Shown piece after piece: positions 8,763 through 16,192 of a stretch of 29,097 nucleotides of DNA. The stretch covers positions 1 through 29,097 of IMG/VR virus record IMGVR_UViG_3300044476_000077; one strand, written 5' to 3'. How positions within the stretch are numbered: position 1 is the first letter of the stretch; every line of letters starts with the position of its first letter. Under the pieces are notes generated by a model. The model did no database searches. It was not told the DNA's origin and was given only the letters and a program-made list of their open reading frames with translations. A program made the translations under genes and the position numbers. This stretch comes from a virus. Taxonomy: Duplodnaviria; Caudoviricetes.

Positions 8763-9245
8763 TCCCAGTTCGTTCAACACGTCAAGAGCTATCTGCAACC
8801 GTTCTATTTTATGGCTGATCTGATACTTTAGCGTGTTGATCTGGTCCGTCGCTTGTTTCGTGCTGAGCACCACCGGGGCAGTTGCCTTGTAAGCCTTAGC
8901 CGCATTGGCTTGTTTGGCAATGGTGCGCAACGTCCTTCCAAATACCGCGCCTTGGTCAACGGCGGTTGGTTGTGTGACGGTGAATCCTGCGTACAGCTCG
9001 CCGGCGAGGGTGCCCGGCAGAAGCCAGGGACGGCCTGGTTCGTCGCTGCGCTTCATGGCCGTCACCTTGCCAGCGCGCTTGAGCCGGTACATCAGCCCTT
9101 CGGTTGACAGGTTCAGTTTGCGCGCCACTTCGGCCAACGGTATCCACTCGCGCGGTTTGGTTACTATAACCCTGTTTGCACTGTTGCCGTCGCCAGGATC
9201 TCCAGGCTGACGTATATCTTCCTCTCTCGGTATCTTGTCACTCAT
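8760..9245 (-). CDS. HTH DNA-binding protein with C-terminal coiled coil, 161 aa
   Basis: WIPLAEVARKLNLSTEGLMYRLKR...PWLLP (MerR/HTH_17-like); GAGGTG RBS. Confidence 0.7.
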   Translation of the reverse strand: MSDKIPREEDIRQPGDPGDGNSANRVIVTKPREWIPLAEVARKLNLSTEGLMYRLKRAGKVTAMKRSDEPGRPWLLPGTLAGELYAGFTVTQPTAVDQGAVFGRTLRTIAKQANAAKAYKATAPVVLSTKQATDQINTLKYQISHKIERLQIALDVLNELG

Positions 9246-9257
9246 TTGTACACCTCG

Positions 9258-9710
9258 TTATAATGAGTTATTAAGTGCTTCCTCAATCATGCTGGCAAAC
9301 TGCACGGGGCTTCGTGCTACTCCGTAATAGTGTCCGTGATTGTATGTAAGGGCAGCAAAGGCAACCTGGTCGGGTGACAACTTTCCCTTGGCAGTCTTGA
9401 GCTCTATCCACGCGGTGATACCCTTGGGCAGCATGCAGATCAGATCCGGCCAACCGGGATTGCACCGGCGCGAGTCGTACACATGCAGGTATGGTATACC
9501 ACGATCCTTGAGCCATCGCTCGCATGCGGCCTGCAGCAAGTCCTCCGATCCTGTCCACGGTGTTCCGTCGGTGGCTGACGAGCTGCCGGCGTCCTTGGGA
9601 ACCCCGCACGGGCGCGTCTGTCGCACCGCAGGCGGGGTTATTTGCCGCGCGGCCTGCTCCCGGTACTCCTCGGGCAGGTCTTCGAGCCTATACCGAGCGT
9701 TTGCGCTCAT
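9258..9710 (-). CDS. VRR-NUC (PD-(D/E)xK) nuclease, putative Holliday junction resolvase, 150 aa
   Basis: SEDLLQ, GWPDL, WIELKTAKGKLSPDQ motifs; start taken at MSANARY. Confidence 0.85.
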   Translation of the reverse strand: MSANARYRLEDLPEEYREQAARQITPPAVRQTRPCGVPKDAGSSSATDGTPWTGSEDLLQAACERWLKDRGIPYLHVYDSRRCNPGWPDLICMLPKGITAWIELKTAKGKLSPDQVAFAALTYNHGHYYGVARSPVQFASMIEEALNNSL

Positions 9711-10062
9711 TTCCGTTTCTCTGATGTTCGTTTCGATATCGATCCATGCCGAGCAGGATCCGCAGCACCATCGCACCGGTTTGTATCGCCTCGACACGCA
9801 TGTTGCGCAACAGGCTTGCATACCTGCTGGTGCCACCCTTGCGCGACTTGAAATTGAAGTCAATGGCGGCCTGCAGTGTCTCCCCCGCTTCCTCAGACAT
9901 GATCGCGGCGGCATGCACCGCGTCATCCGGCCAATCGGGGAACAGCGCGCAGGCTCGGTTGTACTCGGCAACAATTTCATCAACCAACTTCAACAGGCGG
10001 GCCGACTTCGCCATTCGGGCGGATCCCCGCGCTATCATCGATCTTAAAATGACACGACTCAT
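9688..10062 (-). CDS. MazG-like all-alpha NTP pyrophosphohydrolase
   Basis: IMSEEAGETLQA ... RVEAIQTGAMVLR (EExxE...ExxQ pattern); start may be 10014. Confidence 0.75.
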   Translation of the reverse strand: MSRVILRSMIARGSARMAKSARLLKLVDEIVAEYNRACALFPDWPDDAVHAAAIMSEEAGETLQAAIDFNFKSRKGGTSRYASLLRNMRVEAIQTGAMVLRILLGMDRYRNEHQRNGNERKRSV

Positions 10063-10628
10063 TGTGCTGCACTCCTTGGTACGTCTGCATGATGGGCCTC
10101 ATGCTCCGACATGATACGATTCTTATACTTACATTGACGTGAAATCTCGCCTCCGTGGTACCAGCCAGCGGCGTCAACCCAGTTTGTGCAATGGTGTTCA
10201 TCGTAGCACAGCCGAAGGTACAGGTAGGCATACTGCTCATTGAGTGCGGGGTCCGCAAGCTTCTGCGGTTCCTTGGCGATCGCGGCCATAGTTGCGTTGC
10301 TGACATCGCCCACCCGGGCGAGCTCGCGCACGGCGGCAACCGTGATGCCATACCGCCCCCAGGACATGCCGTCCGGGTGTTTGCCTATGTCCTTGTTGCC
10401 CGATTCTATCAGCGCGATATAGGACATCGCTTCAAATATTGACACGTCAGTCGTTGCAGCAGTGGTCATGGTGTTGCTCACATGGGGTGTTAGGTCTTCG
10501 AGGCTATCGGCAGGCGTTTTGGGCGAAAGGTCAACAGATGTCTGTTCACACTGCCCTTCGCCGCACAGCAGCACAAACAGCGTTGCCACCACCAAAAACG
10601 GAAGGCAGTACCAGGTTATGTCATTCAT
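10059..10628 (-). CDS. Lysozyme-like lytic transglycosylase with an N-terminal signal/anchor, 189 aa
   Basis: IALIESG (catalytic Glu), GRYGIT, DPALNEQYAYLYL, AAGWYHGG; hydrophobic N-terminus. Confidence 0.75.
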   Translation of the reverse strand: MNDITWYCLPFLVVATLFVLLCGEGQCEQTSVDLSPKTPADSLEDLTPHVSNTMTTAATTDVSIFEAMSYIALIESGNKDIGKHPDGMSWGRYGITVAAVRELARVGDVSNATMAAIAKEPQKLADPALNEQYAYLYLRLCYDEHHCTNWVDAAGWYHGGEISRQCKYKNRIMSEHEAHHADVPRSAAQ

Positions 10629-10945
10629 ATTGCCATCTCCATTTCAAGTTGTTCACAGCGCGGCACGAGCTCGCACATGCGGACGCCGCGGTTGGTATGC
10701 ACGTCCAGGCGCTTGCCGCACTCGCGCAGGATCCACGCCGCAATCATTTCCGTGATCCTCGGACGGACACTGTTCATGTCGTGCTTGTGCAAATATTCGC
10801 ACACCTCGCGGTCGGTCATGCGCCCGCCGCGGGCAAAGGTGTCGGCAATCTCCTGGCATCGTTTGGCCAGGGTGCCTTCTCCGATGTTCTCGCGGTGTGC
10901 ATACAGCGAATTTGCGTGCATGCGGTGCGTTTCATGCTGTGACAT
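10625..10945 (-). CDS. Winged-helix DNA-binding protein, 106 aa
   Basis: MTDREVCEYL...NSVRPRITEM motif common in phage early wHTH proteins. Confidence 0.65.
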   Translation of the reverse strand: MSQHETHRMHANSLYAHRENIGEGTLAKRCQEIADTFARGGRMTDREVCEYLHKHDMNSVRPRITEMIAAWILRECGKRLDVHTNRGVRMCELVPRCEQLEMEMAI

Positions 10946-11822
10946 TGCCGTCTCCTGTTTGGGTTATGACTGCCTTGGTGCGCCACTGTTCCATGATATT
11001 CGCCACGGCGGCCGCATCTGCCAGCACGGGCTCGTCCGCGTTGTTCTGAATGATCTTTTTGACCCGGGCCGTGCGGTAGGCCAGATCTGGGTTGCCGTTA
11101 CGCTTGATGTCCTGGGCGAGGAAGCGGGCGGCAAACAGCGGCCAGTTGCTGCTGTCAATTGGCCACCGTCCGCACATCCAGTGCGTGATCGTGCAATTGA
11201 ACTTCCAGAAGTCGTCCGCAATGCGCATGGCCGCCTTTTGGTTCTTCAGCATGGCGCAGTACCATTGTTGCACCTGGTTGTAATACACCTGCTTGGGTGG
11301 TGCGGTGTCCGTGTCTTCGTCTGCCGTTTCTATAGCATCGCGTGGAGTTGTTGTTGTTGTTAGGGGAGCAGAGTCAGACGCAGATGCAGAGTTAACAGAT
11401 TCTGAATTATGACCCGCGCGCGTGTCTGGCGTTACAACCGTGTTACACGTGGCGTTACATTTGCGTTTCACGTGCTTTTTCTTGCGGTGCTGTATGACGC
11501 GCATCGCAGATTCCATGCGGGTTTGAGCATCGCGCATCATGCGCCGGTTTGTCAGCGTTACAACGCCGTTACTCATTGCCACGTCTGCCGCGCCAGTTGC
11601 CGCCAATTCGTCAAGCGCCGAGCGGGCCTCGTTCACCTCGCACCGGCCCATCCTGGCAAGCTGGTCGATCGTTCCGGACAGCGCACCGGAACGGTCCCGC
11701 TGGTGCATGCAGTTCAGCCAATCAACCCATATGCCCCGCGTCCAGCATGAGCATGCCGATACCTGTGGATCACTCAGCCAATCCGACACGAACCATTGCA
11801 TGTAGGGGTAGTGCTTGGCCAT
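10932..11822 (-). CDS. Replication initiator (DUF1376/YdaU-like N-terminal wHTH), 296 aa
   Basis: YPYMQWFVSDWLSD...TRGIWVDWLNCM, TNRRMMRD, then a low-complexity linker with DNA repeats. Confidence 0.75.
   Translation of the reverse strand: MAKHYPYMQWFVSDWLSDPQVSACSCWTRGIWVDWLNCMHQRDRSGALSGTIDQLARMGRCEVNEARSALDELAATGAADVAMSNGVVTLTNRRMMRDAQTRMESAMRVIQHRKKKHVKRKCNATCNTVVTPDTRAGHNSESVNSASASDSAPLTTTTTPRDAIETADEDTDTAPPKQVYYNQVQQWYCAMLKNQKAAMRIADDFWKFNCTITHWMCGRWPIDSSNWPLFAARFLAQDIKRNGNPDLAYRTARVKKIIQNNADEPVLADAAAVANIMEQWRTKAVITQTGDGNVTA
11429..11474. repeat. Putative replication-origin iterons inside the initiator gene
   Basis: GTTACA at 11431, 11442, 11454 and GTTTCA at 11465 (11-12 nt period); further copies at 11557 and 11568. 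Confidence 0.55.
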
Positions 11823-11825
11823 GGT

Positions 11826-12197
11826 CTACTCCTTCTCTCGCCCAGGCGCAAGACCTGCCATCCGCGCCATGATAAACGCGCCTACGCCGTCGATCTTCAT
11901 TTGCAGTACATCACGGGGCGCCACGGCGTCAAAGGCCGCCAGAAGGCTTCCTGCTGACATTGCCGCCTTGGCAAGGTGGCCAACCATGACGGCGTCAATG
12001 GATGCTGCAAACGCATATTTGATGCGATCCTCGGTCAATTGCGACACGGCACGCAGGGATTGCCGGTACTGGCCGCGCAGGGAAAGGTAGAAGTCCGCCT
12101 GCTTTTCCGACAAGCCGGCGAGCTGGTCGCCAGGCAGGTCAACCTTTCCGTCGGCAATGCACTCCGTCCTTGTTTCTTCCCAAGATTTCTTTGCCAT
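11826..12197 (-). CDS. Hypothetical protein, 123 aa
   Basis: AGGGG RBS before MAKKSWEE; ends 3 nt before the initiator start. Confidence 0.65.
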   Translation of the reverse strand: MAKKSWEETRTECIADGKVDLPGDQLAGLSEKQADFYLSLRGQYRQSLRAVSQLTEDRIKYAFAASIDAVMVGHLAKAAMSAGSLLAAFDAVAPRDVLQMKIDGVGAFIMARMAGLAPGREKE

Positions 12198-12339
12198 GGT
12201 TACCCCTACCGGCCCCCAGGCCGGCGTGTGTGGTTTAGATCGTTTGTGAGGCGGGCGCGGCACGGTTGCACGCCACATGCCGCGTGGCTCGGTGAGTGAG
12301 TAAGCGTGCCGCCTGGGGGCCTTGTGTTTGTGTTCATGA

Positions 12340-12663
12340 TTATTTGCCGGAGCCGTCGCCGGAGCCGGAGCCGTCGCCGGAGCCGTAGCCGTCGCCGGAG
12401 CCGTAGCCGGAGCCGGATCCGTAGCCGTAGCCGGATCCGTAGCCGGATCCGTAGCCGTTGCCGGAGCCGTCGCCGGAGCCGTAGCCGTCGCCGGAGCCGT
12501 AGCCGGAGCCGGATCCGTAGCCGGAGCCGTAGCCGTCGCCGGATCCGTAGCCGTAGCCGTAGCCGTAGCCGGAGCCGGAGCCGTAGCCGGAGCCGGATCC
12601 GTAGCCGTAGCCGTAGCCGTAGCCGGATCCGTAGCCGTAGCCGTAGCCGTTTATCGCTTCCAT
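12340..12663 (-). CDS. Gly-X (GY/GS/GD) dipeptide repeat protein, 107 aa
   Basis: Built from 6-nt units GGCTAC/GGCTCC/GGCGAC/GGATCC; start overlaps the DUF6948 gene end. Confidence 0.6.
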   Translation of the reverse strand: MEAINGYGYGYGSGYGYGYGYGSGSGYGSGSGYGYGYGYGSGDGYGSGYGSGSGYGSGDGYGSGDGSGNGYGSGYGSGYGYGSGSGYGSGDGYGSGDGSGSGDGSGK

Positions 12664-12935
12664 ACCGGTACTCCGTCAATGCTGGCCGCCGCGGCCTCGG
12701 TTACGTCCAGCACTTCGATCACCTGGTGCAGCATCACGCCAGGCACCGCCACGGGGAACTTGCAAGTCGAGGGCGCCGCCGTCCCATCAACCGCAAGTTG
12801 CGACAAGCTCGCCGCGCCGTCCCAGTACCACAGCCGGCGTGCGTTTTTGAGCGTGTACGTCTGTCCATCCACCTTCACCACCTGGCCAAAGAACACGCCC
12901 GCACTGTACGTCCTCACGATCTTTCTCTTGTCCAT
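12651..12935 (-). CDS. DUF6948-like protein, 94 aa
   Basis: IVRTYSAGVFFG, LKNARRLWYWDGAASLSQLA.DG; GGAG RBS before MDKRK. Confidence 0.75.
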   Translation of the reverse strand: MDKRKIVRTYSAGVFFGQVVKVDGQTYTLKNARRLWYWDGAASLSQLAVDGTAAPSTCKFPVAVPGVMLHQVIEVLDVTEAAAASIDGVPVWKR

Positions 12936-12936
12936 G

Positions 12937-13032
12937 TCACTCTCCATTTGTGTTGTTATCGCGGAATATCCGCTTGAATAGCCACCACATCAACAACGAG
13001 GCAAGCGCGGCCATGACCGTCATCCGTTTCAC
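12937..13032 (-). CDS. Small single-TM peptide, 31 aa
   Basis: GTG start overlaps the TGA of the extended xis frame; hydrophobic core MAALASLLMWWLF. Confidence 0.45.
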   Translation of the reverse strand: MKRMTVMAALASLLMWWLFKRIFRDNNTNGE

Positions 13033-13220
13033 GCCGGCACCCCGTGCGCGACAACCCGCTCGACCACCACGTCGAGCTGATCCGATGGAATGCGCACGGC
13101 GCGGGATCACACCCGGCAAAAGTCTATGCGCTTGCCCATCCAGGCCCGCACCGTCTTTTCACTTATGCCGCATTGTGCGGCGAACTCGCGTACTGTAAGT
13201 AGTTGCTTGGTATTTCTCAT
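13029..13220 (-). pseudogene. xis: Excisionase-like HTH_17 protein interrupted by an in-frame TGA (13107-13109)
   Basis: MRNTKQLLTVREFAAQCGISEKTVRAWMGKRIDFCRV*SRAVRIPSDQLDVVVERVVAHGVPA*; the family pattern continues across the stop; absent from the ORF track. Confidence 0.75.
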
Positions 13221-13232
13221 TGCATGCTCATT

Positions 13233-13305
13233 AAAAAGTCATGGCCGGTGTTGAATCGTACCCAAGGAGCCCGGCAAGTATGTTGTGTAACCACCGGCCC
13301 ATGAC
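13233..13305 (-). terminator. Large-loop terminator-like hairpin after the first early gene
   Basis: On the minus strand GTCATGGGCCGGTG ... CACCGGCCATGAC followed by TTTTT. Confidence 0.5.
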
Positions 13306-13306
13306 A

Positions 13307-13741
13307 TTATTGCTTGACAACCTGCATATTTCTGACCACGCACTCAAACGCTCCGCCGTGCAGGCCAACCAGGAAACAAAGATCTGAAAGCCTGCATGCC
13401 GCCGCCCAGGCATCCAGACCCGCATCCGTCATGCGGTGCGACACGGTGAATACCCGCGCCGTAAAGGTGACGGTTGACCCCATCCACTTGTTTGAGTACA
13501 TGCGCGGCTGCATAAACAGGTCCACAGTATCGCCGGCGTCCATCGCCGCGGTGATCTTCTTGTTGAGCACATCGGCCCAATGGCATGCCTCAATAATGGC
13601 GTCACCCAGCATGCGCCGATCATCGGCCTTTATTTGGTCGGTTGTTTTCACGGCCGCCGGCGTGGCGGTCATGCGGTTCGAGGCGGCGCGAAGTCGAGCC
13701 TTGCGGGCGCAGGAGCAGCTTATGTCTTTAAGATCAGTCAT
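13307..13741 (-). CDS. First gene of the early operon, hypothetical, 144 aa
   Basis: GGGGA RBS before ATG 13741 (MTDLKDISC); no recognisable family. Confidence 0.6.
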   Translation of the reverse strand: MTDLKDISCSCARKARLRAASNRMTATPAAVKTTDQIKADDRRMLGDAIIEACHWADVLNKKITAAMDAGDTVDLFMQPRMYSNKWMGSTVTFTARVFTVSHRMTDAGLDAWAAACRLSDLCFLVGLHGGAFECVVRNMQVVKQ

Positions 13742-13793
13742 TGTCGTCCCCAATGAATATTAATGGTTAAATCAGAACCAATCAAAAAAGTTA

Positions 13794-13823
13794 TTGACAC
13801 ACCATGGTGAACCGTGGTATAAT
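13794..13823 (+). promoter_or_regulatory. Consensus sigma70 promoter firing antisense into the early leader and towards the repressor
   Basis: TTGACA(13794)-18 nt-TATAAT(13818) with extended -10 TG; spacer holds tandem ACCATGGT / ACCGTGGT. Confidence 0.75.
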
Positions 13824-13863
13824 ATAGTGATGTGGGTGAGGTATAGCAATATGCTTTCCATTC

Positions 13864-14017
13864 CAGACAAAAAAAAGACCGCGGCGGGCTGTGGATACAT
13901 CGGACGACAATGCGCAGATACTGAATCTGCCAGCGCCGCCGCGGTGGTGTCTGATAATTGGTTGTGTTTGTCGGTTCGCATTGTCGCCTTTCATTTCGGC
14001 CAGTATCCAACGGCCGT
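13864..14017 (-). ncRNA. Structured early-leader RNA, putative antisense immunity RNA or attenuator
   Basis: Stem 13878-13891/13931-13945 followed by U8; alternative pairing 13905-13914/13977-13986 and 13892-13898/14003-14009; 13902-13912 complementary to the RBS+ATG at 13739-13749. Confidence 0.6.
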
Positions 14018-14023
14018 GCAACC

Positions 14024-14052
14024 AGTATAGCAAATTGCTTTCTTTTTGTCAA
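14024..14052 (-). promoter_or_regulatory. Leftward early (lytic) sigma70 promoter
   Basis: Minus strand TTGACA(14052-14047)-17 nt-TATACT(14029-14024) with extended TG. Confidence 0.8.
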
Positions 14053-14077
14053 GATGCGGATGATGTTTTTGCCCTCT

Positions 14078-14095
14078 TGTGGTATAATGCCAGCA
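14078..14095 (+). promoter_or_regulatory. Extended -10 promoter for a leaderless repressor mRNA
   Basis: TGTGG-TATAAT(14083-14088), 6 nt, then ATG 14095; no SD and a poor -35. Confidence 0.7.
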
Positions 14096-14457
14096 TGACT
14101 ACAAGAATCGGCCACGCAATCCATCAAGCACGTCTGCAAGCAGGTCTCACACAGCTGCAGCTTGCCACGGTCTTGAAGGTCACCAAGACCAACTTCACCC
14201 AGCTTGAGCGTGGCAACTATCAAGGCCGCTTGTATTTGCCGACTGATAGCATGATGCGAAAAATCATCGCCGCAACGTTTGCCGAGGAGAAGCGGGGCGT
14301 GATCCTGGCGCAATGGCAATGGATGGCAACGATTGACCGCGCCGAGAAGCTGTTTCCCGGCTTTTGCTCCCGCATGGAGTATTACGGCATCGTGATTGAC
14401 GTGCTCCAACGCATCAAGACGCACAAAGGCGGCGCCGGCGCTCCGTCCGCAGTTTGA
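14095..14457 (+). CDS. XRE-family HTH immunity repressor, 120 aa
   Basis: IGHAIHQARLQAGLTQLQLATVLKVTKTNFTQLERG; divergent from the early operon and upstream of the integrase; no S24 peptidase domain. Confidence 0.8.
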   Translation: MTTRIGHAIHQARLQAGLTQLQLATVLKVTKTNFTQLERGNYQGRLYLPTDSMMRKIIAATFAEEKRGVILAQWQWMATIDRAEKLFPGFCSRMEYYGIVIDVLQRIKTHKGGAGAPSAV

Positions 14458-14482
14458 CAACACCCGCTTAAACCGATATACT
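14454..14482 (+). promoter_or_regulatory. Sigma70 promoter for the membrane protein and integrase
   Basis: TTGACA(14454)-17 nt-TATACT(14477). Confidence 0.75.
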
Positions 14483-14522
14483 ATTCCATCGCCGGCGACG
14501 GCATAACCTGTGAGGGGGTTGT

Positions 14523-15056
14523 ATGGCGCTGCATAAGTGCCAAGATTGCGGCAAGGATATCAGCACGTACGCCACGGCATGCCCACACTGCGGCAAGCCG
14601 GCCCAACAAAAGCGACGCAAGACCGGCTGCCTCGGCCTCACCTGCTGTGTCGTATTCATTGCCCTGGTCATCATACTCAGCCTTAGCCAGGCGCATCATC
14701 AGGCGGTCACCGCGCCCAGCACAATGCCGGCATCAGGCACGTACACCCTCGCGGAGCTCACACCCGCGCCGACAAACTCACCCGCTGGTATCACCCATGA
14801 AGATCAAGCCAAGATTGATGCCGCTGTCATTGCCTCGATCAACGCCGGCGTGGCGACCATACGGAATGACGAGGTGTTGATCCGCCGCTCATATTGGGAC
14901 AGCATCGACTACCAGTCGAAATTAAACACGATCCGCGTGTATGCCTTGTATAAGAAGGGCCGCGGCGAATCACACAACGTGGTCATCAAGGACGCCATGA
15001 CCGGCAAGAAGCTCGGCGCCATGACCACCTTCGGCGGGGCAACGGTGACACCATGA
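14523..15056 (+). CDS. Zinc-ribbon single-pass membrane protein (superinfection-exclusion-like), 177 aa
   Basis: CQDC...CPHCG, basic stretch, TM helix, P/T linker, extracytoplasmic domain; between repressor and integrase. Confidence 0.7.
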   Translation: MALHKCQDCGKDISTYATACPHCGKPAQQKRRKTGCLGLTCCVVFIALVIILSLSQAHHQAVTAPSTMPASGTYTLAELTPAPTNSPAGITHEDQAKIDAAVIASINAGVATIRNDEVLIRRSYWDSIDYQSKLNTIRVYALYKKGRGESHNVVIKDAMTGKKLGAMTTFGGATVTP

Positions 15057-16165
15057 GCCTGCCCACGTCAATATTCCAGTATCGAGGTGGCTACTACGCC
15101 AAGTGGTACGACGCCGGCGCTCGGCGAATGATCTGGAAGAAGCTCGCGCCCACCAAGTCACTTGCCCAGGAGGCGCTCCGCGCACTGCAAACCAAGCTGG
15201 TGAGCGGACCGCTCCGCACGTACAGCCGCGTAACTCTGCGCCAGTACTATGAGCGCCACTACAAGCCCGACTACCTGAGCAACGGCACCGCCTGGCAGGC
15301 AAAGCAGCTTGAACTATGCGCCGCCTACATACTGCCGCGCTGGGGATCCAGCATCATGAGCGAGCTGGCGTTGTACGATGTGCAGTCATGGTACCGCGAA
15401 CTCTTGGCCATCAAGAGCCGGTGCTATGCCAACCATATCGTGAGCGTACTCATGACCATGCTGCGCCGGGCGCGTGGCAGGTTCATCGCCGCCTCGCCGC
15501 TGGCAGACTTCAAGAAGCTGCGCCGGGAGAAGAAGGTACCGGACACCCTCACGCACGACCAGGTCAACCGGCTGTACACCATGCTGGATGGCCGCGATCG
15601 CGCCCTGATGTGCGTGTGGATCATGACGGGGCTGCGGCCGGCGGAGATGCAGTGGCTGCAATGGGTCGACATAAATCTCGATAATGGCAAGCTTATTGTG
15701 CGTAGCAAGCGTCAAATGCCGCAGGGCAACGCAGCCATGAGGGCCGGCCACAGCATAAAGGACGCCGAAGATCGGTACATTGACCTCACCAGCGACGCAA
15801 TAGACCTCCTCCGCGAGCATCGTGGGCCAAGGATGCCGGCGGCAGACGAGTTTGTCTTCCCAAACAATCGCGGCCAGCTCATGATGAGCATGCCGAACCA
15901 CGTGTACAAGGTATTCAAGCGATCAGGAATCCGCAACGGGAGTGCGAACCTATTGAGGCACACATTTGCGAGCATGTTTTTGAGTGGCGGCGGCAATTTA
16001 GCCGAGCTGAAGCAGTACATGGGCCATTCAAGCATAGTGATCACGGAGCAGCACTACGCGGCTTTTCTTTCGGGCAAAGCGAGCACGATCCATCGTGTAG
16101 ACTTTGGCATGACGGCGAAGGCGGAGCAAAGGCACGTGCTGGGCAAGGTTGCACAAGTAACATAA
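15053..16165 (+). CDS. int: Tyrosine recombinase (integrase), 370 aa
   Basis: TGLRPAE, LLRHTFAS, MGHSSIVITEQHY; N-terminal arm-binding-like beta domain. Confidence 0.95.
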   Translation: MSLPTSIFQYRGGYYAKWYDAGARRMIWKKLAPTKSLAQEALRALQTKLVSGPLRTYSRVTLRQYYERHYKPDYLSNGTAWQAKQLELCAAYILPRWGSSIMSELALYDVQSWYRELLAIKSRCYANHIVSVLMTMLRRARGRFIAASPLADFKKLRREKKVPDTLTHDQVNRLYTMLDGRDRALMCVWIMTGLRPAEMQWLQWVDINLDNGKLIVRSKRQMPQGNAAMRAGHSIKDAEDRYIDLTSDAIDLLREHRGPRMPAADEFVFPNNRGQLMMSMPNHVYKVFKRSGIRNGSANLLRHTFASMFLSGGGNLAELKQYMGHSSIVITEQHYAAFLSGKASTIHRVDFGMTAKAEQRHVLGKVAQVT

Positions 16166-16192
16166 CAACAGGCATTTATCAAGGGTACAAGG

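Noticed and set aside
12345-12650. CRISPR array
   Set aside because: Contiguous 6-nt units with no unique spacers and no cas genes
12206-12977. Poly-RL (minus strand) and poly-RS (plus strand) proteins
   Set aside because: Shadow frames of the hexamer repeat; the Gly-X frame has the coupled start and fits the operon
13107-13109. Genome-wide TGA recoding (code 4 or 25)
   Set aside because: Many genes end in TGA with ATGA coupling to the next gene; only one internal TGA was found
15940-15965. Inactive integrase because the HxxR motif reads NLLR
   Set aside because: The first His is variable among tyrosine recombinases; both Arg, the second His and Tyr are intact
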